In this document: positions 35,367-43,835 of the stretch, one piece after another
How positions within the stretch are numbered: the first letter of the stretch is position 1
Layout of the letters: every line of letters starts with the position of its first letter
From: a virus
Reading direction: 5' to 3' (one strand)
Virus record (IMG/VR): IMGVR_UViG_3300045988_099631
Location: 32,001-96,000 of that record
Length of the DNA stretch: 64,000 bases
Translations under genes and position numbers: made by a program
Notes under the pieces: generated by a model
The model's input: only the letters and a program-made list of their open reading frames with translations
The model's database searches: none
Told to the model about the DNA's origin: nothing

Positions 35367-35705
35367 ATGACAAACGCAGCAATCATTCTGGATGAATCCG
35401 TTCGGTTAATGAACGATGGCATTCTTAAAGGCACGGGCCGATTCCTCGACGTGGTAAACGAGGACGGAAGCACCAAAAAACTCGAAATCCCCGAAGAAAT
35501 CCACACGTTCAACGCTTGGAAGCAGCGTGGCTTCATCGTCCGCAAGGGTGAACACGCCGTCGCGTCTTTCCCGATTTGGAAGTATGTCACCCGTAAGAAT
35601 ACCACTGACGAGCCGCTGGAGGCCGCAGAAGCGGCGAACGGGTTCTGCCGGATGAAACTATCCCATTTCTTCACTGCGCGGCAAGTGGAGTCTCTGAGGG
35701 CGTGA
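35367..35705 (+). CDS. ArdC-N / DUF1738-like small protein (possible ssDNA-binding anti-restriction fold)
   Basis: IHTFNAWKQRGFIVRKGEHAVASFPIW and SHFFTARQVESL resemble the ArdC N-domain motifs (F.QW...G..VRKGEKG and vFN..Qve.L). Confidence 0.4.
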   Translation: MTNAAIILDESVRLMNDGILKGTGRFLDVVNEDGSTKKLEIPEEIHTFNAWKQRGFIVRKGEHAVASFPIWKYVTRKNTTDEPLEAAEAANGFCRMKLSHFFTARQVESLRA

Positions 35706-35724
35706 GAACACAAAAGGGGATTCT

Positions 35725-35860
35725 TCCCCTTTTCCTTTCCCCCATACCCCCTTTCTATTACCCTTTCTTTCCTTAAATATTCTTAGATACAGAAATAAGA
35801 TAATAAGAATAAGAGGGTAGATGTGTTGTAGACGTTCGTGTAGATTCTACAGTGGAGTCT
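35725..35860. repeat. origin-like iteron block, copy B (intergenic)
   Basis: The core 35807-35851 matches 10091-10135 at 42/45. The flanks share a pyrimidine tract and AGAAATAAGA-type AT-rich repeats. Confidence 0.6.
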
Positions 35861-35960
35861 ACAGCAAACAGTGAATATACATCCGCGCATATACAAAAAG
35901 CCGCCCCATTTGGGACGGCTTGCTTTTTACCTTTGTGGCACATATTTTATGTGATTTTCT

Positions 35961-35987
35961 GGGACAAATCCGTTTTTCCGGTAGAAG
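35961..35987 (+). promoter_or_regulatory. class-B promoter 5 (GGGACA-15-TAGAAG)
   Basis: Motif read upstream of the ATG at 36027. Confidence 0.5.
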
Positions 35988-36026
35988 TATAAGTGTAAAG
36001 AAAAAGCAAAAAACGGAGGCGCAAAA

Positions 36027-36140
36027 ATGAAACACTATTACAAATCCAGCGGCTTTCAGATGTTCCTCACGGGCGCAGCCATCGCAGTCATGTTCATCAT
36101 TATCCTGTGCGCGGACTCGCTCATCGAGTTCATTCTGTGA
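36027..36140 (+). CDS. small membrane protein (37 aa, below the track cutoff)
   Basis: Hand-found MKHYYKSSGFQMFLTGAAIAVMFIIILCADSLIEFIL with a GGAGG RBS. Confidence 0.4.
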   Translation: MKHYYKSSGFQMFLTGAAIAVMFIIILCADSLIEFIL

Positions 36141-36153
36141 GGGGGGCGGCATC

Positions 36154-36507
36154 ATGCAATTCATTGCAAACAACGACGCAAAAAACGTCTTCGGCTGTTT
36201 TGAAAACGTCGAGCAGCACGCCCTTGCATTTTCCGAAGAAGCCGCTGCGAAACTGTTTGATTCAGGCATGAAGATCTTCCGGGGCGATGCAAGCACATTG
36301 AACGCCCTAAAGATCTGTTTCACTGGTAGCTTGACGATCTGCATATACCGTGAAATTGCGGACATTGACAACGGCGTTTTTCGCGTCCGTATCTGGGGCC
36401 GACCGAACGGCTACGACGAAAAAACCATGAGCAGGCAAGCGCTCAAAAAAATGGTGCTTTTCAAAATTTCGCAGGAATTTGCAGAGCCTGCCGAGCAGAT
36501 CGCATAG
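36154..36507 (+). CDS. hypothetical protein
   Basis: 117-aa ORF. Confidence 0.45.
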   Translation: MQFIANNDAKNVFGCFENVEQHALAFSEEAAAKLFDSGMKIFRGDASTLNALKICFTGSLTICIYREIADIDNGVFRVRIWGRPNGYDEKTMSRQALKKMVLFKISQEFAEPAEQIA

Positions 36508-36519
36508 GGAGGAATCACC

Positions 36520-36678
36520 ATGAACCAGTACCGCAAAACCTTTGAATTTTTCAGCACAGAACAGCAAGCCGCCGCATTTGTGGCGGCTCGCAAAAAGCAA
36601 CGCCGCAAGGCGCACATGACGCCGTGGCAGTCCGCCGACGGCAGAGAAAACAAGTTCATCGTCTGGTATTACATTTGA
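36520..36678 (+). CDS. hypothetical protein (52 aa, below the track cutoff)
   Basis: Hand-found MNQYRKTFEFFSTEQQAAAFVAARKKQRRKAH... with a GGGAGG RBS. Confidence 0.35.
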   Translation: MNQYRKTFEFFSTEQQAAAFVAARKKQRRKAHMTPWQSADGRENKFIVWYYI

Positions 36679-36692
36679 GGGAGGAAAAAACC

Positions 36693-36959
36693 ATGACCGT
36701 TTTCGTAGCCGTTCACCATTGGGATACGCCAGACAATGAGGGCGTGGAGATTCTGGGCGTTTTTGAAAAGATCGAGAAAGCCCGCGCGCAGATTGTGGCC
36801 GGAGCCGGAGCCATCCGCGCGGAGTACGACGAAGATTTCTGGGACGAGGATATGTCGTGGGACGAACCCATGAGCATTCACCTCGGGCGGTGTGGACGCG
36901 ACTATCTGGAACAGGCCACGGTCTACAGTTGGGAAATCTCCGAGCAGGAAGTTGAATAA
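36693..36959 (+). CDS. hypothetical protein
   Basis: Trimmed to MTVFVAVHHWDTPDNEG with a GAGGGAGG RBS. Confidence 0.45.
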   Translation: MTVFVAVHHWDTPDNEGVEILGVFEKIEKARAQIVAGAGAIRAEYDEDFWDEDMSWDEPMSIHLGRCGRDYLEQATVYSWEISEQEVE

Positions 36960-36975
36960 AAAATACCGGCGCAGC

Positions 36976-37003
36976 GGGACAAATGCCACTGCGCCGGTAG
37001 ATA
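36976..37003 (+). promoter_or_regulatory. class-B promoter 6 (GGGACA-16-TAGATA)
   Basis: Followed by the conserved leader GTAGAGAAAACCAAGAAAAACAGGAGGTTCCCAA. Confidence 0.5.
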
Positions 37004-37045
37004 TATAGGTGTAGAGAAAACCAAGAAAAACAGGAGGTTCCCAAA

Positions 37046-37411
37046 ATGAAAACCGCTGGATACTGGCCTTGCAGAAACGAGATCATCGCCGCGCACCTGT
37101 CCACCCCGCACAAATACGAGCCGTTCACGGAGCTTTTCGACATGGACCAGCTCGACGCCATCCGCGACAAATACGGCGTGGACCTTTACCGCGAGTGCTA
37201 CGCCGACGCGCTGCACGAAGTCATGGAAGCCGCCAACATCACAACATATCTCCGCGCCCTGGGCGTTGAGTGCAAGCCGATCTTCACCCCGGACGACTGC
37301 CACGCGAATTTTATCGCCGTATTTTCCCTCGGCAACACGACCGCCCAACGTATCAACGAGATTGCCAGCAGAGCCGATCTTTGCGTTCTGTTCCAATGTC
37401 CAGTCCACTAA
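37046..37411 (+). CDS. hypothetical protein
   Basis: 121-aa ORF. Confidence 0.5.
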   Translation: MKTAGYWPCRNEIIAAHLSTPHKYEPFTELFDMDQLDAIRDKYGVDLYRECYADALHEVMEAANITTYLRALGVECKPIFTPDDCHANFIAVFSLGNTTAQRINEIASRADLCVLFQCPVH

Positions 37412-37437
37412 CAAAAAACACAAAAATGAATGCAAGT

Positions 37438-37465
37438 GGGACAAAACGCACTTTCCCTGTAGCAA
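37438..37465 (+). promoter_or_regulatory. class-B promoter 7 (GGGACA-16-TAGCAA)
   Basis: Followed by a leader nearly identical to that of promoter 6. Confidence 0.5.
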
Positions 37466-37507
37466 TAAAGGTGTAAAGAAAACCAAGAAAACAGGAGGTT
37501 CCCAATC

Positions 37508-38170
37508 ATGACGCAGTTTGAAATCTATCAGAAAATCGCCGACGCCGTGAACGCAGCATCCGGTTCCAAGAATCCCAAAATGACTATCGTAACCGAAAGT
37601 GAGTTCGGCGGTGTGTACTTTTTGCACATCAACGCACATTCCGCAGATATCAAGCCTTATGCGCAGTACAAAGACGCGCTGACGATCTACTTCAAAAAGC
37701 GCGGCGGCCGCTCAGTCTATGGAATGCGCGTCTATGGTACAAAGCCCGTGGCAATCTTCTCCGGGTGGCAAGAGACAACATGGGAGCAGCCCAGAAGCTT
37801 CCTTTGCTTTGACAAGAATATGTTCTACGGTCTGGTTGATGGATTCCCGCAGGAGCAGAAGATTGCCGAGGAATCCGAGCGCGTTCACCTGTCCGAGATT
37901 CAGCAGAAGGGTAAGGTCTACAAGGTCGTCAGCATGAACCCGGATGACCCGCAGCATCGTATGATTGTCGAAACGTTTGAAACTGCCGAACACTTAAAAA
38001 AAGCATTTGAGACTTCCGGCGAGTTCCGCAGCGTATCGTGCCGGGCAGAATTGCAGGGTGCGCCGAATCTCAAGAACTTCTGCGGGCCGATGTACGATGG
38101 GGAGGACGATCAGGGCCGCGCCGTCATCCGCTACGAAACGCAGGAGGTCTACGACATTCTCAGCGCCTGA
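37508..38170 (+). CDS. hypothetical protein
   Basis: 220-aa ORF. Confidence 0.5.
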   Translation: MTQFEIYQKIADAVNAASGSKNPKMTIVTESEFGGVYFLHINAHSADIKPYAQYKDALTIYFKKRGGRSVYGMRVYGTKPVAIFSGWQETTWEQPRSFLCFDKNMFYGLVDGFPQEQKIAEESERVHLSEIQQKGKVYKVVSMNPDDPQHRMIVETFETAEHLKKAFETSGEFRSVSCRAELQGAPNLKNFCGPMYDGEDDQGRAVIRYETQEVYDILSA

Positions 38171-38183
38171 TTTTAAAAATGGC

Positions 38184-38211
38184 GGGACAATCCCGCCTTT
38201 TCCCGTAGATA
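38184..38211 (+). promoter_or_regulatory. class-B promoter 8 (GGGACA-16-TAGATA)
   Basis: Motif read upstream of the ATG at 38243. Confidence 0.5.
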
Positions 38212-38242
38212 TAAAACCAGAACAGAAACCGGAGGTGCAACC

Positions 38243-38449
38243 ATGAAATACAGCAAAAAAACGGAACGTAAGCTTCTGGAAATTGCCATGCAGCATATGC
38301 CGCCCGTTGCAGATCGTGGAGACTTGAAAACGCGCAACTCAGACAGCGAGGACTTTCTCAATGTTGCTGTTTGGGGACTTCGGGACGCCCTGATGGAAGC
38401 ATACGAACTCGGCAAGGATGAGAAGGGAGAAAACCGCCATGAAAGATGA
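38243..38449 (+). CDS. hypothetical protein
   Basis: 68-aa ORF. Confidence 0.45.
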   Translation: MKYSKKTERKLLEIAMQHMPPVADRGDLKTRNSDSEDFLNVAVWGLRDALMEAYELGKDEKGENRHER

Positions 38450-38648
38450 CTACAGACTCGGCTTTGGGTATCTCGGAAATGGGCTGACGGTATGGAACAG
38501 GGCGAAAGAGGTAAATCACGACTATCAGACGGTCGCCCACATATCCTCTAGCGGAGAAATCACCTACTACAAACAGGATCTTCCGCAGTGTGTCCGGGCG
38601 CACATAGAACAAGTTGCACAAGAAGAACGTGACCATAGAAGACTTTGA
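38439..38648 (+). CDS. hypothetical protein
   Basis: Trimmed to MKDDYRLGFGYLGNG. Confidence 0.4.
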   Translation: MKDDYRLGFGYLGNGLTVWNRAKEVNHDYQTVAHISSSGEITYYKQDLPQCVRAHIEQVAQEERDHRRL

Positions 38649-38682
38649 ATCGCACGATTTTAGATAGGAAGGGAGAAAAACC

Positions 38683-39879
38683 ATGTATTACATCATCAAC
38701 CGAGAAACCGAGAAGCTGGAGCTTCATTTTGATAAATCCGAATACCAGGCGCTTTCTGACGATCAAAAATCCACCATCAAAAGCAACTTCCTCTTTTCAA
38801 GATACGGCGGCTGTTGGGTCAGCCGCGCAAAAATCCCGAACCTCTGGCGCGCAGAACAGGTTGCAAAGAGCCTTGGTGCGGAGAATCAGGGAAAGACGGG
38901 TGAGCTTCTTTCCTTCGAGGAAAAAATGGAGCGCAAAGCAGCCCGCGCGGAAGAACGAGCCGAGCGCATGGACGCGCGCGCCGATGCAGCAGAGCAGCGC
39001 GGCGAACAGCTGCAAAAGCCCATCAACGCCAGGCGCGGCGATATTGCGTTCTTCACCCAGCCCAACATCAACACATCCTCCGGGCGTACCTTCACGCGCC
39101 AGCGTGAAAGAATGTTTGCCGCCTTTGAGCGCGGCATGGACGAGTTCAAGAAATCGGAATACTACGCCGAACGTGCCGAAGCCGCCCGCAGAACAGCAGA
39201 TGCTGCGAAAAAACCGAGCAAGGATTTCTGTTATCGCAGAGTGCAGGACGCAGAAAAGAACATCCGCGCCCAGAATAAAAACATGGACAACTATCGCAAA
39301 TATCTTTCCAAACTCGACGCAGGCGATACGCTCAAACGCTACGACGGAACAGAAATCACACGCGACGAAGTTCTGCAATGGATGGAAAACAGCGCCGAGC
39401 GCATCGAATCCGAAATCTCAAGGGCTTGCTATTATCAGTCCTGCATCGACGAGCATGGCGGCGTGCAGTTCAGCAAAGAGAACATCAAGCCGGGCTATGT
39501 CGTGAAGATCAAGCATTACAACGACTGCACCGTGCTGCGAACTGGCCCGAAGAACTTCACCTATCGAACGCCGAACGGATTCGACTTGACTGCCGCATAC
39601 GCCGAAATTCTGGAAATCGTCAAAGCAGAGGAAACGACAAAGCCGACTCACCCATTCAAGGTTGGAGAAACATTTGAAATCGGCGCATATGTTGATGGAC
39701 ATCGCGTCAAACAGGTATGGGAAATTGTCAAATCGACCGCAACGACCGTCACGCTGAAAAACCAAACGACAGGCGAGAACATCCGAAGAACACCGAAAAT
39801 CCGCTGGACGTGTGAGGGAGACAAGTGGGCGCTCTGCATCGGTGACTACATCGATAGCATGTTCTATCGTTCCATTTGA
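38683..39879 (+). CDS. DUF3560-like protein
   Basis: 398 aa. The central ERKAARAEERAERMDARADAAEQRGEQL...FFTQPNINTSSGR...ERGMDEFKKSEYYAERAEAARRTA resembles DUF3560 proteins of plasmids and ICEs (recalled from memory). Confidence 0.4.
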   Translation: MYYIINRETEKLELHFDKSEYQALSDDQKSTIKSNFLFSRYGGCWVSRAKIPNLWRAEQVAKSLGAENQGKTGELLSFEEKMERKAARAEERAERMDARADAAEQRGEQLQKPINARRGDIAFFTQPNINTSSGRTFTRQRERMFAAFERGMDEFKKSEYYAERAEAARRTADAAKKPSKDFCYRRVQDAEKNIRAQNKNMDNYRKYLSKLDAGDTLKRYDGTEITRDEVLQWMENSAERIESEISRACYYQSCIDEHGGVQFSKENIKPGYVVKIKHYNDCTVLRTGPKNFTYRTPNGFDLTAAYAEILEIVKAEETTKPTHPFKVGETFEIGAYVDGHRVKQVWEIVKSTATTVTLKNQTTGENIRRTPKIRWTCEGDKWALCIGDYIDSMFYRSI

Positions 39880-39898
39880 CAAAAAGTTTGCCGGAGGC

Positions 39899-39926
39899 GG
39901 GACAAAGTTCCCGCTTCCGGTAGATA
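39899..39926 (+). promoter_or_regulatory. class-B promoter 9 (GGGACA-16-TAGATA)
   Basis: Motif read upstream of the ATG at 39971. Confidence 0.5.
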
Positions 39927-39970
39927 CAAAAGCAGAACAGAAAAACCAAGAAAACTGGGAGGTACATAAA

Positions 39971-40558
39971 ATGGGCTGGACTTGGCAGTGTGCGAAATTC
40001 TACGATAGAAAGGGCAACATTGACCGCAAAGCAGAGTGCGACGATCTGTACACATGGATTGAAGAAAACGGAGACAAATGCCGCGTTTTGAAGTCCGCAA
40101 TGGTGGGCGCGACGTGGTATGGCGCTTGTGAGAGAACCAGACCTGGCCAGAATCCATACGTTTTCGCTGGCGTGTGCCTGACGAGCGTAGACAGCCGCGA
40201 ATACTGCAACTTTGGTTACAAGGACATGGATGAATCCATGGGGCCTTGCGAACGGAAATGCCCGATTTCCATTCTGAATCTGCTTTCTCCGCGCGATGAC
40301 GAATGGGCGTTGGAATGGCGAGAGGATTGCCGGAACAATGCGGTGCAAAAGGCTGCTGATAGGAAAAAACCGAACAGTCTGCAAAATCTCCCGCTTGGTG
40401 CGAAAATCACAGTTCAGAAGCGTGGTCAAAACATCGTGCTTGAAAAAGGAAGAATCAGCAACCGCAAGAATCCGGTATGGATTTCGCGGGCTGAGAATCT
40501 GTACTATCCGCTTTCCCACATCAAGCGGTACGGTTATGAACTCTGCAATCCCGCCTAA
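39971..40558 (+). CDS. hypothetical protein
   Basis: Trimmed to MGWTWQCAKFYDRKG with a GGGAGG RBS. Confidence 0.5.
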   Translation: MGWTWQCAKFYDRKGNIDRKAECDDLYTWIEENGDKCRVLKSAMVGATWYGACERTRPGQNPYVFAGVCLTSVDSREYCNFGYKDMDESMGPCERKCPISILNLLSPRDDEWALEWREDCRNNAVQKAADRKKPNSLQNLPLGAKITVQKRGQNIVLEKGRISNRKNPVWISRAENLYYPLSHIKRYGYELCNPA

Positions 40559-40624
40559 ATTTCCGAGTCATGTAGAAATTTCAGAATCCACATGTTAGAA
40601 TGGGATGAGATTGGAGGGATGCCG

Positions 40625-40855
40625 ATGTTCTACAAACCCGGCGAGTACCGGATAAACCAAGAAAACGAATTTATTTCCGCCTCGACTGGATTGCCGCTGA
40701 AACCAGGCAATCTGGCGGCGCTGGAAGCTTTCTGTGACGCGAATGATATTTCCCCTATCGAAACCTACGGGAAGGAAATCGTTTCACAGAACCGCGAAGT
40801 AGTCGTTGTGAACGGTGTGAAGAAACTGTACAAGTCTGCCGTCGTGCGGATTTGA
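40625..40855 (+). CDS. hypothetical protein
   Basis: Trimmed to MFYKPGEYRI with a GGAGGG RBS. Confidence 0.4.
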   Translation: MFYKPGEYRINQENEFISASTGLPLKPGNLAALEAFCDANDISPIETYGKEIVSQNREVVVVNGVKKLYKSAVVRI

Positions 40856-40879
40856 ATCAACTTCGTGAGGTCACGAAAT

Positions 40880-41015
40880 AGATTGCAAGCAGGTCGCAAG
40901 TTGGTCGCAACACTCCATTCAACTATGGGAAAATAGCACGCGAAACGCACGAAAACCGCACGCAAGTTGTAAGCAAGTTATACGCAAGTTGTAAGCAAGT
41001 TATACGCAAGTTACC
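40880..41015. repeat. GCAAGTT iteron array (five contiguous 11-nt units at 40961-41015, plus looser copies at 40880-40915)
   Basis: CGCAAGTTGTA AGCAAGTTATA CGCAAGTTGTA AGCAAGTTATA CGCAAGTTACC. The 22-nt unit is repeated exactly. Confidence 0.7.
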
Positions 41016-41091
41016 ATTTCCGCGAGGCCACGAAAATGGTTGAAAACCAAGAAAACCAGAGCCATCCACGTTCGGACGGTTCTGGTTTTCA

Positions 41092-41119
41092 TTGACACAT
41101 TCAGTTTTTGCGGTATAAT
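41092..41119 (+). promoter_or_regulatory. consensus sigma-A promoter (TTGACA-16-TATAAT) for an antisense RNA
   Basis: Hexamers at 41092-41097 and 41114-41119. There is no ORF downstream on the plus strand. Confidence 0.55.
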
Positions 41120-41125
41120 GAAGGA

Positions 41126-41370
41126 AAAGGGGCGCTGCCACAAGCGGTCAGCCAAGGATGCCTATGGGATTTGACCTAACCTTTATGCTGATGGCGGTCA
41201 TTTCTTTTTGCAGATCTGAACAATCAAACCCGCAAATGCGATGAGTACGGTGGAGAACGAGAAGATCTCAGTCCATGTAGCCATGCGCAACACCTCCTTT
41301 ATAGGAAGTGCCGACCGTCTGCCACCTCCATGCAGCGCCCCGCCCACCGGAAGGTGGGCTTTTTTATTTT
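41126..41370 (+). ncRNA. candidate type I antitoxin RNA (antisense to the toxin ORF)
   Basis: Runs from the consensus promoter to the terminator GCCCACC ggaa GGTGGGC plus T-run (41342-41370). It fully overlaps the minus-strand toxin ORF. Confidence 0.45.
41198..41284 (-). CDS. candidate type I toxin, 28-aa hydrophobic peptide (holin-like-toxin / Fst-like class)
   Basis: MATWTEIFSFSTVLIAFAGLIVQICKKK. RBS AAAGGAGGTG. Own promoter TTGACA-17-TAAAAT on the minus strand at 41366-41394. Confidence 0.5.
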   Translation of the reverse strand: MATWTEIFSFSTVLIAFAGLIVQICKKK

Positions 41371-41420
41371 AACGGTACAATAACATAATGTCAACAAACC
41401 AAGAAAATTTAAGGGCAGGC

Positions 41421-41447
41421 GGGACAAATGCAGATTTTGCGTAGAAG
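41421..41447 (+). promoter_or_regulatory. class-B promoter 10 (GGGACA-15-TAGAAG)
   Basis: Motif read upstream of the ATG at 41490. Confidence 0.5.
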
Positions 41448-41489
41448 AAAAGGTAGAAGCAAACACACAAAATTTAAGGAGGAATTTCT

Positions 41490-42257
41490 ATGAAAAAGAT
41501 TGTTTGCGTACTCGTTTCTTTTGTTCTCGCATTGTCTATGGCTGCTTGTACAGTCAAATCCAAGCCATCTGCCACGCCGCAAGAAGAAAAAGCGCCCCTT
41601 CCAGCACAGGCCGAATCAGACAACAGTCAAAAAGTGAGCGATGAATTGGCCAGTAAGATTGAAATAACGGATTCCTTGTTGGATGAAGCATTGGAAAGTG
41701 TAGACCACAATCACTATTATAACGAAAGAACCGGTGAATACGAATTCAGCGTTCATATTTTTGGTTCCACAGAAATGGCATCTTTAGGAACCCTTCAAAA
41801 TGTGTGCGACGCTCTTGACGGTTCCTCTGCTTCTACGCACGAGTTTCTGGGAATCGACGTTGTAGGGCGCATTTACGATTCTGACGTAGTGGTGTATGAG
41901 TCCAGAAATGGAATTGGAAAATTCATGGTCGATGGAGCTGCTTCAAGTGCGCTATCATCTTCCGGTGCTACGATGGGAGAGCGTAACGCTCTGGAAAGTG
42001 CAAAGTCATACTTGAAGTATTCCGCGTTCTCCTATTCAGGGCTGATCGACCAACTCGAATACGAGGGGTATTCAACGTCAGAAGCAACTTACGCGGTCGA
42101 TCATTGCGGAGCCGACTGGAATGAACAAGCTGTGCTTTCTGCCGCTTCGTATCTCAAATATTCTTCTTTCTCAAAACAAGGGTTAATTGAACAACTGGAA
42201 TACGAAGGATTCACGCATGATCAGGCCGTGTACGGCGTTGAACATAATGGTTACTAA
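41490..42257 (+). CDS. Ltp-family surface lipoprotein (superinfection exclusion)
   Basis: Signal peptide with lipobox (LALSMAAC). Two C-terminal Ltp repeats (AKSYLKYSAFSYSGLIDQLEYEGYSTSEATYAV and ASYLKYSSFSKQGLIEQLEYEGFTHDQAVYGV). Confidence 0.75.
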   Translation: MKKIVCVLVSFVLALSMAACTVKSKPSATPQEEKAPLPAQAESDNSQKVSDELASKIEITDSLLDEALESVDHNHYYNERTGEYEFSVHIFGSTEMASLGTLQNVCDALDGSSASTHEFLGIDVVGRIYDSDVVVYESRNGIGKFMVDGAASSALSSSGATMGERNALESAKSYLKYSAFSYSGLIDQLEYEGYSTSEATYAVDHCGADWNEQAVLSAASYLKYSSFSKQGLIEQLEYEGFTHDQAVYGVEHNGY

Positions 42258-42269
42258 ACATGAAAGAGA

Positions 42270-42297
42270 GCCGCCCATACGGGCGGCTTTTTCTTTT
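42270..42297 (+). terminator. rho-independent terminator
   Basis: GCCGCCC atac GGGCGGC followed by TTTTTCTTTT. Confidence 0.65.
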
Positions 42298-42386
42298 GTA
42301 CGCTATATGTAATTTTCGACGTTTTGCGACACGTTTCGACCGCACATGTGTGCTATTGTGGAAATAGAGTAAATATTAAGCATTCC

Positions 42387-42413
42387 AGGACAAATTCGGT
42401 AGGCGCGTAGGGG
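42387..42413 (+). promoter_or_regulatory. degenerate class-B-like motif (AGGACA-15-TAGGGG) with no plus-strand gene downstream
   Basis: Faces the 3' end of the minus-strand HIRAN gene. Confidence 0.2.
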
Positions 42414-42427
42414 AAAATGTAGGGGCA

Positions 42428-43768
42428 TTATTTTAAAAAAGCGTATAGGATTTCAGCGTGGATATTCTCCCGCCTAACCTTTGCGTGAATTGAACTAGGC
42501 TGTATTTCCACTATTTCAGCATGATATGTCATGCCTGCGTCCATCTTCGGTGCGTAGACAGCCGCCCAATCTCCAGAAATATGACCAACTGGGAATCCAC
42601 AGGAGTTTTTCACTAATATTGCATTTTTGTCGTATTTGTTTTCGGGTTCTCGTTCAAGAATAAGCGAGTCACCGACAGTGAGATTTTTCAAGGTGTCTTT
42701 ACTGGCGCAGAATTTCATTCCTACAATACTCACAGTTTCCACAACCAGTTTCGCCTTTTCATTTCCTTCCCATCCGGCTATTTGTCCAGAGTATTTAGAT
42801 TGGATTGTATAGTACATATCGCTGTCCAGAGGTAGCACCGTTAGCTCCGGGTGATTTTTTTGCAATAACATAACCTTTTTGCGGCTTTCGTTTCCCCAAT
42901 AGCCTTTTACTTCTACAATAACGCTATTCGGCAAGAAAAAATCCGGTGTATAGCATAGTCCTTCCCCAAGATCAAACATTTCTCGTTCATATTCGTATGG
43001 AATATGTTTTGACCTCAAGAGCCTAGCAATATTAGCTTCCCACGAACTGCGCAGCGCTTGATCGAGGTCTATCCGAAAGCCTATGTTATATTTCTGAGAT
43101 TTATAGTCATCATAGCTTGTAGTTACAATCCGGATTTTACCGCGTTCATCTATGACCTCGATGCACGGAACCCCATTCCTGTGTAGAATTTCTTCTACAG
43201 GCTTGTTGTGATTACTATGCTGCACAAACCATCGTGCGAAGCAATCATCCTCTTTTCGGAGAGTATATGACCAATCAGGTGTATTTGGAACCTGAGCAAT
43301 TTCTACATTTTCTCCGCAGTATTTCTTACAAATAGCAGTCACCGTCTGTACATAGTTGCTTGGAAAACATATGTAGTTATATGTTTTCGTCAAATCACAG
43401 ATATAAGGTATTGAATCTATACTTTCCCAAGTGCGGTCCCCCCATAATTTTCTTTTTACGGATACAGAAAATTCATCATGTTCGTGCAGGTAGTTACGGA
43501 AAATGTCTCTATACTCGGCAAAAAACCAATCATCGTTTTCGTTGCGACGACGTATATCGACATACCGAATAATCGATATTCCGTCTTCGCTTCGTATGAC
43601 ATTTAGAAACCTAGCGTTATTTCTATGGAGCAAATCAAGATATCTTGCAAGCAATTCGTTTGGAACTTGGTCTGTATGTTCCCATATAAAATACTGCTCA
43701 GTTTTTACACCATATTCAGATTCAATGCACTGCGCCAGCATTTCTCCAACGTGCGTTTCCTTTTCCAT
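42428..43768 (-). CDS. PD-(D/E)xK nuclease plus C-terminal HIRAN-domain protein (candidate defence moron)
   Basis: SWEANIARLL...IPYEYE...YTPDFFLPNSVIVEVKGYW, which is a D...E-x-K nuclease core. The C-terminus (IVGMKF...LTVGDSLILEREPENKYDKNAILVKN...PVGHISGDWAAVYAPKMDAG) is a HIRAN pattern. Opposite strand and visibly AT-richer than its neighbours. Confidence 0.6.
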   Translation of the reverse strand: MEKETHVGEMLAQCIESEYGVKTEQYFIWEHTDQVPNELLARYLDLLHRNNARFLNVIRSEDGISIIRYVDIRRRNENDDWFFAEYRDIFRNYLHEHDEFSVSVKRKLWGDRTWESIDSIPYICDLTKTYNYICFPSNYVQTVTAICKKYCGENVEIAQVPNTPDWSYTLRKEDDCFARWFVQHSNHNKPVEEILHRNGVPCIEVIDERGKIRIVTTSYDDYKSQKYNIGFRIDLDQALRSSWEANIARLLRSKHIPYEYEREMFDLGEGLCYTPDFFLPNSVIVEVKGYWGNESRKKVMLLQKNHPELTVLPLDSDMYYTIQSKYSGQIAGWEGNEKAKLVVETVSIVGMKFCASKDTLKNLTVGDSLILEREPENKYDKNAILVKNSCGFPVGHISGDWAAVYAPKMDAGMTYHAEIVEIQPSSIHAKVRRENIHAEILYAFLK

Positions 43769-43835
43769 AAAATTTCCTCCGTTCAATGTTCAAACAATTT
43801 TTATCAGCGATAGAATTCGTTCGTATTCTTCGAGC

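Noticed and set aside
36307-37639. Long minus-strand ORFs (36307-37170, 36923-37639, and also 39749-40519 and 48374-49339) that cover the plus-arm genes.
   Set aside because: They are antisense to compact plus-strand genes that each have a class-B promoter, an RBS and a terminator. The products are low-complexity, and no minus-strand promoter or RBS is evident.
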